From: an uncultured delta proteobacterium
GTDB taxonomy: Bacteria > Desulfobacterota > Desulfomonilia > Desulfomonilales > Desulfomonilaceae
Assembly: GCA_963789265.1 (NCBI GenBank)
Contig: CAWBKB010000007.1
Span: forward strand, 448,001 to 512,000
Direction of reading: 5' to 3'
DNA: 64,000 nucleotides
Shown here: positions 30,586 through 41,216 of the stretch, piece by piece
Position numbering within the stretch: the stretch's first letter is position 1
Layout: every line of letters begins with the position of its first letter
Made by a program: the position numbers and the translations under genes
The notes under the pieces: model-generated
Told to the model about the DNA's origin: nothing
What the model saw: the letters and a program-made list of their open reading frames with translations, nothing else
Database searches by the model: none

Positions 30586-32256
30586 CTATGAAAGGTGCTT
30601 AGGCACGTAAGTGAAACCGTCCAACACAGTCAACTTCCCTGCGGTATTGATCGTATGGGTGCCAAGTATCCCCTTTCTCCACGTCGGGTCAATTCGGGCC
30701 ACGCTTTCCTCTTTGAAATCTTCGGGCGTTAAGCGCATGATACGGTTCATTACTATTGCTCCGCCCATTCTGACCGAACAATCCTGTGACGGCCGGTAAA
30801 GATTGCCATCCCTGACGAACAGTCGGCCGGCAGGCCTGGCGCATCTGACGTCCGATTTCACAGGATTGAGCTTGTGTGGAGTCCACGGACCAAAAGGCGT
30901 CTTCGCGTAGAAGAGATGCAGTTCATCATTAGATGAAAAGTCTCGGCCTCCGATGTTGCAAAAGAGCCACCATATTCCGTCCACCTCGTGCAAAGTGGCA
31001 TCCACTGCCTGCACATCATCCATTATGACTCTGTCGAATTCCCACGTCAGAGGGAATTCCGTACAACGATAGAGTTCGATTGTCCCGTTGCGCTTGGTTT
31101 CCGGCATCATGTACAGTTGCCCATCCCAATGGAACAGAAAGGGATAGGAGAGATGGTAATCTCTCTCAAGCACTTTCACGGGATGCTTCCATCTTTCGTC
31201 AGCGTCCATTTCGATGACCGAAATATGCGCTTTCATGATGCTGTACAGGAATTCTTCGATAAAGATGTAGTACTTGCCTTCCAATTCCATAGGGAAGGGA
31301 TCAGCCCAAAATTTGCCCGCGAGCGGTTCCATGTAATTGAGATTTTCAACTATCGAGTCAGGGCCTCCCGCCTCTCCCAAATTGAAAGCCAAGAACCACC
31401 GTTCCAGGCGCCTGGAATCCAGCAGTCTCCTTTCCAGCCTCCTCTTGCCTATCTTGAAGAGGAAAGCCAGCATCTCCCTACTGGTAGGGTCTGAATGGCA
31501 AGGGCCGGCGGAGGTCAGGTCTCCGGGGATTGCACCCTCCCCGTCCAAAGACGACGCGCCCCACTCGAATAGATCGCGAAGTTGGCGTACTACCGCAACC
31601 GCAGATTTCCAATATAATTTGCTTCGGGTACCTTTTACTGAATACAGGTCCGTGGACGTGTACGACCTGTAGGGGACTCTTTCGGGGTTTCCGTCTCCGG
31701 TCGTAACACGCAATGTGAACTCGGCAGTCGTTTCTCCCCTCATGACTTCCCAGAATCCCGGTGGACCCCCCCGACTCGCACCGTTGAAAGTGATGCCCGG
31801 AAACCAGATACCGTATCTCGCCATTCCCGGCGGTGCCCCGCCAACCGGCCGTTTCCCAAGATCGAGAGCCACATCAATGTTATATGAAGATATTCTCGAG
31901 ATGTCCTCGTCAGCCAGATGTTCTTCTTGGCCGTCGCGGGATGGTCGGACTTCGAGAATAGGCCAACCATGGCCTGTAGGATCTATATTGACCTGTTCAA
32001 AAGGATCAGGATAAGGAGACATGGCGAGGTCATCGAATTTCGAGCACCAGGACCAGAACAGCTTGCCGTCTCTAGAAAAGATCTTCCGTAAGGGGCGCCC
32101 CGAATTAGACTCGGGTGCATCCTTTCTTACGATCAACACTATGTCCGCGAAATCCGAACCACAGATGTCTTCAACAATTCTTTTCACCCATTGCGGCTGA
32201 TGATATGAATCCAACAGGAGAGCAATGCGCAATTTCTTCTTATCGTCTTGGACCAT
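30586..32256 (-). CDS. Formyltransferase-like N-terminus + beta-propeller (GINT1-N / glycoside-hydrolase-like)
   Basis: RYGIW..RGGPPGFWEV; FWADPF, HLSYPFLF, YMMPET, WTPHKLNPVKSD..ARPAG, YRPSQDC, GTHTIN. Confidence 0.7.
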   Translation of the reverse strand: MVQDDKKKLRIALLLDSYHQPQWVKRIVEDICGSDFADIVLIVRKDAPESNSGRPLRKIFSRDGKLFWSWCSKFDDLAMSPYPDPFEQVNIDPTGHGWPILEVRPSRDGQEEHLADEDISRISSYNIDVALDLGKRPVGGAPPGMARYGIWFPGITFNGASRGGPPGFWEVMRGETTAEFTLRVTTGDGNPERVPYRSYTSTDLYSVKGTRSKLYWKSAVAVVRQLRDLFEWGASSLDGEGAIPGDLTSAGPCHSDPTSREMLAFLFKIGKRRLERRLLDSRRLERWFLAFNLGEAGGPDSIVENLNYMEPLAGKFWADPFPMELEGKYYIFIEEFLYSIMKAHISVIEMDADERWKHPVKVLERDYHLSYPFLFHWDGQLYMMPETKRNGTIELYRCTEFPLTWEFDRVIMDDVQAVDATLHEVDGIWWLFCNIGGRDFSSNDELHLFYAKTPFGPWTPHKLNPVKSDVRCARPAGRLFVRDGNLYRPSQDCSVRMGGAIVMNRIMRLTPEDFKEESVARIDPTWRKGILGTHTINTAGKLTVLDGFTYVPKHLS

Positions 32257-32452
32257 TCACCACTTCTCCCCTCCGGATTCTTCGCGTAGCATAGTCGACT
32301 GAACGTCATTTATTGGCAATTCCCAGGTACGGCGCGCATGGGGCACGGTTCCGCATCAGCCTAAATCGTAATTCCCGGCCTTAATTTGCGCCAAATCACT
32401 TCGTCGTCGGGCGCGATAACCTGCGAAAATATCATCGATGCCAAAGGCCAAA

Positions 32453-32707
32453 CTATTTCGGTTCGATTTTCTCCTTCGCGACTTCTTCGCTCTGGCTCTT
32501 CTGCTGAGAAGGTGCCTGAGTCGGGGGTGGCGCAGGCGTTTGGGTCGGAATGGTGGGGGTGGTCTCTTCCCCCTCCATAGCTTTCTTGAAGCTCTTGATG
32601 CCTTTCCCAAGGCCGTCCATAATCTCGGGAATCTTCTTACTCCCGAAGAGCATGACGACTATGAGAAGTATGAGGATAAGTTCAGTTGGACCTGGTAACA
32701 TTGGCAT
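32453..32707 (-). CDS. tatA: Twin-arginine translocase TatA/E
   Basis: [37 protein letters not shown]. Confidence 0.95.
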   Translation of the reverse strand: MPMLPGPTELILILLIVVMLFGSKKIPEIMDGLGKGIKSFKKAMEGEETTPTIPTQTPAPPPTQAPSQQKSQSEEVAKEKIEPK

Positions 32708-33112
32708 TCTCCTGTTCGAGGGAAACAGTTTACTGTTGAACGAGTTGGTCTTGAGCTGGCTGTCAACATGTAATGGCGGGAAAATCCGAGGTTCCCTCGG
32801 CTGAAAGTAACAACTAGTGCAAGCGATGTCAACCGACTCCCTTGCCCGACGCTCTCATTTGATTGGTACAAAGGTCGTTCCGAAACAGCCATTGGGAAAG
32901 CCCCGGCAACTGTCTTTTCTATTATGCGGAGACAGGCTGCACGTCAGACGACCCATCGAAGCAAAAAAGACATGACAAACCGCTAACCCGAAGTTTACGA
33001 TGCTCTATCATGCACAGAAGAGTCGTTCGGCGGATGAACCACGACATCCGGTAAAAAGGTCTGACACAAGTCCTCGGCTTTCGTCGGTCCTCGATCACAA
33101 GGAGAAGACTTA

Positions 33113-34168
33113 GTGGAAAGCAGCCCTCTTACAGCCTGCGGTGAGAACGGTGATAAATTCGAACCAACCATGAGCTTATCACAGCGAGAACATTTCAGGG
33201 CCAATTTCAGAGTTATGTTGGTTGCTTTCCTCGTGGGCGCAGGACTCATGGGGTTGAAATTTTATGGGTTCTGGATAACCGGCTCCTCGGCCATTCTATC
33301 GGACGCTCTGGAACAGATAATCAATGTTGTTGCCAGCGGTTTCGGGCTGGTAAGCATTTGGATTTCCGCGATGCCCACGGATGAAAGCCACCCGTACGGG
33401 CATGGAAAGATCGAATACTTTTCAGCAGGCTTCGAAGGAGCCCTGATACTCCTTGCCGCGGGAGGAATTTTTGTTGAAGGCCTAAAGCAGATCTTGAACC
33501 CCCAGGAGCTTCCAAACCTGGAAAAGGGGCTCTTTTTCCTTCTGACCACAGGTCTTGGCAATCTGGCGCTTGGGTTGACATTGCTACGAGTTGGCCGCCG
33601 TACGAGATCGCTCGTGCTGGAAGCGGACGGGAAGCATTTGCTGACTGATGTATATACTTCCGGTGCGGTCCTCATTGGCGTGGGTGTGGTTTATTTCAGC
33701 GGTTGGTTCCGATTCGACGGAATAATTGCCTGTATAGCCGCAGCCAACATCATCTTTTGGGGAAGTGGCCTGGTGAGACAGGCATTCGGTGGACTTATGC
33801 ACGCGTCGGATCCTGAACTGCTGGATGAAATTTGTGAACTTCTCACCCGCCACAAAAATGATTTGTGGATAGATGTTCACCGGCTGAGAGCCTGGAAGTC
33901 CGGAAGCCTGGTCCATGTTGACTTCCATCTGATCCTGCCGAGAGATCTTCCGCTGGAAGAAGGCCACAGGGAGGTTAAGGGACTGGAGGTAATTTTCAAC
34001 GAGCACTTCGGGGGCGCGTCCGATCTCCTCATTCATTTGGACCCTTGTCTCGAACCGGAATGTCCCGTGTGCGGCCACACCCCTTGCGACCTTCGCCAGG
34101 GGCAGAGGACTCACAAGAAGATTTGGAGCAGACAAGCGCTTACGAGTGAGATAGGTAATAATCGGTGA
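33113..34168 (+). CDS. Cation diffusion facilitator (FieF-like)
   Basis: GSSAILSDALE, HPYGHGKIEYF, ADGKHLLTD, VDFHL, IHLDPC; Cys-rich tail. Confidence 0.93.
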   Translation: MESSPLTACGENGDKFEPTMSLSQREHFRANFRVMLVAFLVGAGLMGLKFYGFWITGSSAILSDALEQIINVVASGFGLVSIWISAMPTDESHPYGHGKIEYFSAGFEGALILLAAGGIFVEGLKQILNPQELPNLEKGLFFLLTTGLGNLALGLTLLRVGRRTRSLVLEADGKHLLTDVYTSGAVLIGVGVVYFSGWFRFDGIIACIAAANIIFWGSGLVRQAFGGLMHASDPELLDEICELLTRHKNDLWIDVHRLRAWKSGSLVHVDFHLILPRDLPLEEGHREVKGLEVIFNEHFGGASDLLIHLDPCLEPECPVCGHTPCDLRQGQRTHKKIWSRQALTSEIGNNR

Positions 34169-34223
34169 ACGGCGGCCGCGCTGAGAAGCAAGAGAGGACT
34201 GGTCCCTGCTCATCCCATGTTAG

Positions 34224-34790
34224 TTACCAACACGTCACAAGATAAGTACAAGATTCAGCCCCTTGTCTCCTACACGGGCTCTCATCGTCGTGCCTGACGA
34301 GAACCTCTTTGTAATCGCGGCTTCCGAATCGTTGTGCGAGTCCTTGCAAATAACCGGCGGTTAGAGCACAGGGATAAGGAGTCGAATCGCTCACGCGAAA
34401 CCGCTTCAGTCCTGCTTCAGTTATTTCTTCCTTGACGTCGTTGCCGCCTATGTCTCCGCCTCGATGAAATCTATTCAGCGTTGGATTCAGAGCAAACAGA
34501 CACGCGCGCAGCGAATTTATTTCAGGAGGTATAGGAGCGTGCACAGCCGCTTGCTCACCCACTTCTCGCATCAAGTAATGGCCAAATCGGTCTTCAATTT
34601 CTTTCAATGCATCCAAAACCGGTTGGACGGGATACCAGTTGTCAGCGACGAGTTCTTTTATACCGTGGTTGGCGAGGACTTCGTGGACGATTGCCCGGTA
34701 GCCTTCGGGAAAAGCATCCCAAAGAGAAAAAACCATTGCGCCTAGTAATTCGGCGTTAGGAGAAGTGACCTTGTTCCTGTACTCTGCCAT
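34224..34790 (-). CDS. Hypothetical protein, V4R/HNOB-like ligand-binding fold
   Basis: WYP..L.AL, TPYPC..GYL.G, VRHD..CRRQGAESCTYLV; SD aaggagg. Confidence 0.65.
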   Translation of the reverse strand: MAEYRNKVTSPNAELLGAMVFSLWDAFPEGYRAIVHEVLANHGIKELVADNWYPVQPVLDALKEIEDRFGHYLMREVGEQAAVHAPIPPEINSLRACLFALNPTLNRFHRGGDIGGNDVKEEITEAGLKRFRVSDSTPYPCALTAGYLQGLAQRFGSRDYKEVLVRHDDESPCRRQGAESCTYLVTCW

Positions 34791-35257
34791 GTGGCCTCCT
34801 TATCGTATCTGCTACCAACCGTCCGAAAGATGAAATTCGCGTAAAATGGAGGAATTGGTTTCATGACCTCGCAAAACTCCTCCACATATTGCCGAATTCG
34901 ATCCCGTTGCCGGGCCCTTTGGCCGGTGGTCAGTGGTTCGTGGCTCCCTCCACTGTCAGGAGCCGCGGTGTTAGTTCTATAGCCCTTAAAGAGGGCATAA
35001 CAAAACTCATATTTGCAACAATGGGAGAGAATGCTAGAAGTCCATATTAACCTCTGACGATTCCCTTGTCAAAGAGATTTTTCACTGCTGCTCTTGGTTT
35101 CAGCCCAAGTTGACTCGAGCTGAAACTTCGATTACACCCGCTTTCCGGTTTGCTCTTTTTATGGGGAATCGGCACTGTCCAATCCGGCAAGAGGCGGAAT
35201 CCCTTAGTACAGCGTTTCATAAATACAGTGCCAACTGCACGGTAGCGCTGGCGTCCC

Positions 35258-35467
35258 GAAACTGTCTCAGAAACTTTTGAACGGGACAAAATCGTAACAC
35301 GAAATCCCCTCACCTGACCCTTTTCCAAAGGGCGCTGGGACCCCACCAGGCGCTTTGGTACGGCTCCCTCTCACTCTGGGAGAGGGTGGGGGTGAGGGCA
35401 ACAACCATACGAATAAGACCCAATCGTGCCACGATGCTAGGCATCAACATAGTTTTGAGACACTTTC
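35258..35467. mobile_element. MITE (210 bp), divergent copy in opposite orientation, TSD TCCC
   Basis: tccc|GAAACTGTCTCAGAAA...TTTTGAGACACTTTC|tccc. Confidence 0.85.
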
Positions 35468-35866
35468 TCCCTGCCGGCGTTTTGCGAACAACCCCGCGTC
35501 CCCCGGGGAGGCCGGTCTGACTAACAACCGGCAAGATGCCGGTCCTACTGTCTCGGGAAACGCGGGAACGCGTACGCCGGAATGACGACTATGGTATCAG
35601 AATACGAGGCCGTATTTGCGAAGAGGAGTACTTAGTGCCACAGATTCCCTAGACAAGGTCGAACCGCCGTTTGCAGGAAGTGCAATTCTCTTAACGACAG
35701 ACCGGTCCTTGTAGCCGACCGGCATTTATGCCAATCCAAAATCAATGACGTCCTGCCGCAAGTATGCTATTCATAGACTTTGCAGACATTTCCCGGACCG
35801 CATGAACATACACCCTCGTCTCATCGATTCGCCATTGGTAAGCATTCTTGTGGAAGGAAAGAACCT

Positions 35867-36868
35867 ATGGATCAAAAAACCTTTAGAGCAATGGTAGTTA
35901 AGGAATTTTCGGACAACAAGTTCGTGAGGGAAATCTCCCACAAATCCGTGGACGAACTGCCCAAGGGCGATGTTTTGATCAGGGTCAAGTACTCTTCACT
36001 GAACTATAAGGACGCACTTTCAGCCATCGGAAATAGAGGCGTCACTAAGAATTACCCTCATACACCAGGTGTGGATGCCGCGGGAGTCGTGGAGGAAAGC
36101 ACGGTCGCCGAATTTCAACCTGGTGACGAGGTCATCGTCACGGGCTACGATTTGGGAATGAATACTTCAGGCGGGTACGGCGAATACATACGCGTGCCGG
36201 CGACCTGGCTGGTAAGGCGTCCGGAAAATTTGTCCTTGCGCGAAAGCATGGCATACGGCACGGCTGGTTTCACCGGTTCTTTGTCTGTTTTCAAGCTCAT
36301 GGGAAACGGCGTGACCCCGGATCAGGGAGAGGTGCTGGTCAGTGGCGCTCCCGGCGGTGTAGGGAGCATTGCTCTCTCTATTCTGGCCAAATCGGGCTAT
36401 CAGGTTGTTGCAGTGAATGGGCTTGTGGATGAAAAAGAGTACCTTACGAGCCTCGGGGCAAAAGAAGTGATCAGCATCGACGAAGCCACGGACAAAAGCG
36501 GAAAACCCCTACTCAAAGCAAGGTGGGCCGGTGCGATCGACACTCTTGGCGGAGATATCCTTGCAACGGCAATCAAGTCCGTCAAATACGGCGGAACCGT
36601 AACGTGTTGTGGCAATGCGGCCTCTCCTGACTTGCCGCTCAATGTGTATCCGTTCATTCTGCGCGGCATCAGCCTTCTGGGAATTGATTCGGTAAATTGC
36701 CCTCCGGATGTCCGGACAGAAATCTGGCAGAAGCTTTCCAACGAATGGAAACTGGAACACCTCGATCGTATCTCCACTGAGATTTCTTTGGACGAGTTAG
36801 ACAGGGAAATAGACCTCATTCTAAAAGGAAAACACAAAGGAAGAGCTATCGTAAACTTGACCAAGTGA
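35867..36868 (+). CDS. YhdH/YhfP (AcuI-like) NADPH-dependent oxidoreductase
   Basis: YSSLNYKDAL, YPHTPGVDAAG, GTAGFT, PFILRGISLLGIDSV. Confidence 0.92.
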   Translation: MDQKTFRAMVVKEFSDNKFVREISHKSVDELPKGDVLIRVKYSSLNYKDALSAIGNRGVTKNYPHTPGVDAAGVVEESTVAEFQPGDEVIVTGYDLGMNTSGGYGEYIRVPATWLVRRPENLSLRESMAYGTAGFTGSLSVFKLMGNGVTPDQGEVLVSGAPGGVGSIALSILAKSGYQVVAVNGLVDEKEYLTSLGAKEVISIDEATDKSGKPLLKARWAGAIDTLGGDILATAIKSVKYGGTVTCCGNAASPDLPLNVYPFILRGISLLGIDSVNCPPDVRTEIWQKLSNEWKLEHLDRISTEISLDELDREIDLILKGKHKGRAIVNLTK

Positions 36869-37368
36869 GCAGGCCCCGCATGGGTACATGGAAATCGCCG
36901 CCCAAGGCAAAGATATACGAGGCTCTGAGCGCCGTTGCTGACGGCAGGATAACAATGACGGGCGCCGGAAAAGCTGAAGTTATATCGTCAGACGGGACCA
37001 AGAAGTATACGGTCGAATGGTCTTATGATTTGAGCAAATTCACTTCTAACGATAACGCTTCGTACTGGCAGGGATACATGGGCTATCCGATTATTGCCGT
37101 TTTAATGGTCCTGGGTAGATTGGACTACGAGACCGAGACGGCCAAACTGTTAGCGGGAGTGCCCTGGAAGCAGCTTAATCTGCGATATCGCGGCGATTAT
37201 GCCAAGGCAATCAACTCGGTCCTCAATACTTTGGACCAGAGAGGCTCGTCACCGCAAGTCGTAATCGATGAGGTTGAGCGGATAATGGCAAAAATCGAAA
37301 ACATGGAGTTTGAAAAACTCCCCCGCCGAAAGCGACCGCCCAAGGCCGGTGCTACACCGAAACACTAA
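36865..37368 (+). CDS. Conserved hypothetical protein
   Basis: WKSPPKAKIYEALSAVADGRI..SNDNASYWQGYMGYP; overlaps the upstream stop (GTGA). Confidence 0.75.
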   Translation: MSRPRMGTWKSPPKAKIYEALSAVADGRITMTGAGKAEVISSDGTKKYTVEWSYDLSKFTSNDNASYWQGYMGYPIIAVLMVLGRLDYETETAKLLAGVPWKQLNLRYRGDYAKAINSVLNTLDQRGSSPQVVIDEVERIMAKIENMEFEKLPRRKRPPKAGATPKH

Positions 37369-37508
37369 CCCAGGCGCAGGCGGACTGATGAAAGCTTTCT
37401 CTCCAGGCAATCCCGCGTTCCGTGCGGGACTGGGCTACTATCTTTCGTCCCTCCAGGACGCTTGCGTTTGAGCCCCATCGGGGCGATAGAAAGTAGACCG
37501 GTGCTTCA

Positions 37509-37717
37509 GAAACTGTCTCAAAACTATTTTGATGACCAGAATCGTGCCACAATTCAGGCTCATTCGTATAGTCGTCGCCCTCACCCCAACCCTCTCCCAG
37601 AGGGAGAGGGAGCAGATCCAGGGCAGTTTTGCACTTCCCTCGCCCTCTGGGAGAGGGACACAGGGTGAGGGATTCGTGCTACGATTCCGACCGCTTCATT
37701 GTTTTTGAGACAGTTTC
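37509..37717. mobile_element. MITE (209 bp), TSD TTCA
   Basis: ttca|GAAACTGTCTCAAAA...TTTTGAGACAGTTTC|ttca; near-identical to 45201-45409. Confidence 0.92.
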
Positions 37718-37802
37718 TTCAGCGCCGGACCGCCATCGTGGCACGATTCTGACCGGCAACACAGTCTGTGGCCTAAAAAACTGAACTTAGAGGCAACATT
37801 AC

Positions 37803-39227
37803 ATGACTCGCCCCAGAGATCGAATCCTCATCGTAGATGACGAAAAAGATATCTGCGACATTCTCTTTCGGCTGCTTCAAAAAGAAGGATACACGCCTCT
37901 GGTGGCTCATGACGGTGAAGCTGCCCTGGAAATGATTCGTCTGGGCATGCCTAAAGCTGTGGTGTCAGACGTCATGATGCCCGGCATAGGCGGAATGCAG
38001 CTACTGAGAGAAACCAAGCAGTTTGACCCGACTCTGCCGGTTCTCATGATCACGGGCTACGGAGGAATAGAGGGTGCTGTCGAAGCAATCAAGCAAGGAG
38101 CGTACGACTATCTTGCAAAGCCGCTCAACAGCCAGGAACTTCTCGACAAGTTAAAGCAAGCTCTTGAGGGCCGCCGTCCTCCCTCGAAAGAAACTGACGT
38201 TCAGGACACAAGTCACGGTGCGGCGATTTCCAGGCTTCGAGAAATGATGGGTCCGAGTGAAGCTGTCATACGGATCTGCTCGGATGTTGCACTTGTGGCC
38301 CCCTCCAACTTCAGCGTAGTAATCTATGGAGAAACGGGGACGGGAAAAGAGCTGGTGGCAAGAGCAATCCACGAAGCAAGCTTGAGATCGGAAGCCCATG
38401 TAACGCCTGTTGACTGCGGGGCAATTCCCGAAACCCTCTTCGAAAGCGAGCTGTTCGGGTACGAAAAAGGCGCGTTCACGGGTGCGGGATCCGGAAGCCC
38501 CGGGAAGTTCGAACTGGCTGATCATGGAACCTTGTTTCTGGATGAGATCGGGAATATGCCGCTGTCCTCCCAGATCAAGCTCCTCCGTGCAATCCAGGAA
38601 CGCAGCTTCTTTCGAGTTGGCGGAAGGAAGCCGGTAACAGTCGATCTCCGTCTGCTTGTGGCAACTAATCAGGATTTGAATACAGCAGTCGCCACAGGCT
38701 CGTTCAGTAGAGATCTGTTCTACCGGTTGAGCGAGTTTACCATTGATATTCCGCCGATCCGAGAGCGTAAGGACGATATCGTTCATCTCGCCGACCGTTT
38801 CCTGAAAGCAACGAATGTGGAATTGGCAAAGAACGTAAGGGAATTTTCTCAGTCAGCTACTGACGTGCTGCTCAACTACCACTGGCCGGGAAATGTCAGG
38901 CAGATAATGACAGTAGTTCGTCGAGCTGTGCTCCAGGCGGACGAGGTCATAACGCCTGACCATTTAGTGTTGGGAGAGGCCCCTGCTGGGCCTACCAAAG
39001 TCGAATCGCCTGTCAGAGAATTCAAGTGGGAGGGGCTTCCGCTCAAAGAAGCGGTGCGGCAGAGCACCAGTGAAGTTGAAAAGGCTTGTCTTATGCAGGC
39101 CCTCAGGAAGAGCGGCGGCAACAAGGCAAAGGCGGCACGCTTGCTCCAAATTGACCGCAAGACGCTTCACACGAAGTTACATCAGTATGGGCTGAACACC
39201 CATGAAGACGATCAGGATGACTCGTAG
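37803..39227 (+). CDS. NtrC-family sigma-54-dependent response regulator
   Basis: REC domain, GETGTGKE, ESELFGYEKGAFTGA, WPGNVRQ, Fis-type HTH; no adjacent kinase. Confidence 0.95.
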   Translation: MTRPRDRILIVDDEKDICDILFRLLQKEGYTPLVAHDGEAALEMIRLGMPKAVVSDVMMPGIGGMQLLRETKQFDPTLPVLMITGYGGIEGAVEAIKQGAYDYLAKPLNSQELLDKLKQALEGRRPPSKETDVQDTSHGAAISRLREMMGPSEAVIRICSDVALVAPSNFSVVIYGETGTGKELVARAIHEASLRSEAHVTPVDCGAIPETLFESELFGYEKGAFTGAGSGSPGKFELADHGTLFLDEIGNMPLSSQIKLLRAIQERSFFRVGGRKPVTVDLRLLVATNQDLNTAVATGSFSRDLFYRLSEFTIDIPPIRERKDDIVHLADRFLKATNVELAKNVREFSQSATDVLLNYHWPGNVRQIMTVVRRAVLQADEVITPDHLVLGEAPAGPTKVESPVREFKWEGLPLKEAVRQSTSEVEKACLMQALRKSGGNKAKAARLLQIDRKTLHTKLHQYGLNTHEDDQDDS

Positions 39228-39265
39228 AGTAACTATTCAGTTATGCGAGGGACCTTCCGCACCTT

Positions 39266-39356
39266 GTCATTGCGAGGAGTGCATGGTGGGACAGGCTTCC
39301 AGCCTGTCTATTAGGGATGACGGGCAGCCCCGCGTTCCACGCGGGACTACCCCACC
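39266..39356. repeat. Composite REP mosaic
   Basis: gtcattgcgagg + ggtgggacaggcttccagcctgtc + mini-palindrome + ccccacc. Confidence 0.7.
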
Positions 39357-39412
39357 ATATCCTGTCTAGCATTGTCACTTCTTTGACAGCGCATTGGCAT
39401 CTCGTAATACAG

Positions 39413-40024
39413 CTAATACATCTTGACCACCACGTTGGTTATGATGTTTGCTGCGTCGTCTACCCTATCTGCACTCCTATTGAAGTGCCTGTAAATTTCC
39501 CGAAGGCTTAACATCAGGCCGGGATCGCGGCCCGAAAACAGTTGCTTGAGCGCGGTGAGGTACCTGTCATTCATCTCATTCTCCACGCGCTTCGCCTTCA
39601 CTGCGTACTCCACCGCTACATTCGGGTGCTTCTTGAGATGCCGCATGGCGCCTACAAGCTGCTCCGCGCCTTTTTGCAATAGTTCCGCCATTTGGCACAG
39701 ATGCTCGTTGCTTTCCACCTCAAATATTTCCATCTCCTTCACGGTGTTCAGAGCGTGGTCGATGACGTCGTCGATGGCGCGAGAGAGTGCGAAGATGTCT
39801 TCTCGATCTATGGGAGTAATGAACGTCTGATTCAATTCGTCGACCAGGATCCGACGAATGTCGTCCGCTTCCTGTTCCAAGCGCCTGATATCTCCCGGAT
39901 CGCCGTCCCCCTCAAGGAACTTCAAAAGCGCCTGACACCCCGCACTGGTTTTTTCAGCTTGATCCAGCAACAAGCCAAAAAAATCCGCCTCTCTTTTCGA
40001 ACGGAAATGTTTCCAGAAAGTCAT
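39413..40024 (-). CDS. DUF47 (PhoU-like) phosphate transport regulator
   Basis: LEQEADDIRR..TFITPIDREDIFALSRAIDDVID; adjacent to a PiT gene. Confidence 0.93.
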   Translation of the reverse strand: MTFWKHFRSKREADFFGLLLDQAEKTSAGCQALLKFLEGDGDPGDIRRLEQEADDIRRILVDELNQTFITPIDREDIFALSRAIDDVIDHALNTVKEMEIFEVESNEHLCQMAELLQKGAEQLVGAMRHLKKHPNVAVEYAVKAKRVENEMNDRYLTALKQLFSGRDPGLMLSLREIYRHFNRSADRVDDAANIITNVVVKMY

Positions 40025-40040
40025 GAGACTCCCCCTTCCG

Positions 40041-41072
40041 TCACTCGACTATTATATGCGTCAAGAGCCGGAAGATCCCGGCTCCAAGGCCCGCGGCCAC
40101 TGGTGCGGTCAGGAGCCAGGCCCACGCGATGTGGGCGGCGGCAGCCCATCGTACCCCGCTAACGCGGCGGGACGCACCCACCCCCATGACTGATGATGCC
40201 ACCACCTGGGCAGCGCTGACAGGAGCACCGAGTACCGAGGCCGCCAACACGAGGGAAGCCCCCGTAAACTGAGAAGCGAATGAATGAACTGGCTCCAGAC
40301 GACAAATGCCGTACCCCACGCTTTTTACGATACGCCAACCGCCGGTGGCCAATCCAAGAGCAAGGGCCCCTGCGCAGCTAATCACCACCCACTGCGGCAG
40401 ATATGGGGCTTCGTGCATCCGGCCGCTGCCGGCGGCGAGGATTAGGGCGATGACCCCCATAGACTTTTGCGCTTCATTGGAACTGCAACTAGCGGCCAAA
40501 ATGATCATGATGGGCTTCTGCATGGTGGCGAAAGATCGCCCTACCCGCCGGTTCGCCCGGTGAAACAAAGTTCGGATCACTGCAAAAACGAAAGAACCCA
40601 GCGCAAACCCGAGGATGGGCGAAACCAACAGAGGTAGCACAACGTCTTTAGCCACCGTTTCGCCTGAGACACCTTCGGTCCCCATCGCGGCAAGCCCGGC
40701 TCCGACGAGACCGCCTAGCAGAGCGTGAGAGCCGCTGGAGGGTAACCCTAACAACCATGTCGGGAGCTTCCAGGCTAATGCGCCCCCTACGCCGGAGATG
40801 ATCGTAAGATAGATGGTTGCGGTGCTGAGATGTTCAAGCGAGTCGGGCTTCAGTATGCTCGTGGCAATAGTGCGTGCAACTGCGGTCCCGAGCACCAGTG
40901 GACCGATAAACATAGCTATCATAGCCCAGACAAGGGCTGTAAAGGGTCGCATGGACCTTGAGCAGATGACGGTGGCAATAACATTGCCTCCATCATGAAG
41001 GCCGTTGACAAAGGCAAAACAGAGGGTGATCCCGATGGAGGCGTAAAGCAGTTCGTTCAACGGCCGGGCCAA
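40041..41072 (-). CDS. PiT-family inorganic phosphate transporter (start uncertain)
   Basis: FVNGLHDGGN, GLPSSGSHALLGG, GGWRIVKSVG, GAPVS. Confidence 0.92.
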   Translation of the reverse strand: MARPLNELLYASIGITLCFAFVNGLHDGGNVIATVICSRSMRPFTALVWAMIAMFIGPLVLGTAVARTIATSILKPDSLEHLSTATIYLTIISGVGGALAWKLPTWLLGLPSSGSHALLGGLVGAGLAAMGTEGVSGETVAKDVVLPLLVSPILGFALGSFVFAVIRTLFHRANRRVGRSFATMQKPIMIILAASCSSNEAQKSMGVIALILAAGSGRMHEAPYLPQWVVISCAGALALGLATGGWRIVKSVGYGICRLEPVHSFASQFTGASLVLAASVLGAPVSAAQVVASSVMGVGASRRVSGVRWAAAAHIAWAWLLTAPVAAGLGAGIFRLLTHIIVE

Positions 41073-41216
41073 CAGATCGAAGCGTTCGATCGGGAGAAAG
41101 TGCGAGTGTTCCGCCTGAGAGTATTGCCGGGAGAAAGACGTTTCCTGCTGGAATCATATTCCGGTCATTCTCTCTCGGCAACACAATTTTTTCAAGGATA
41201 CCGGCTGTCGGTCGGA

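Noticed and set aside
37462..37668. Near-identical short ORFs at 37462 and 45151
   Set aside because: They are translations of MITE DNA, not proteins.
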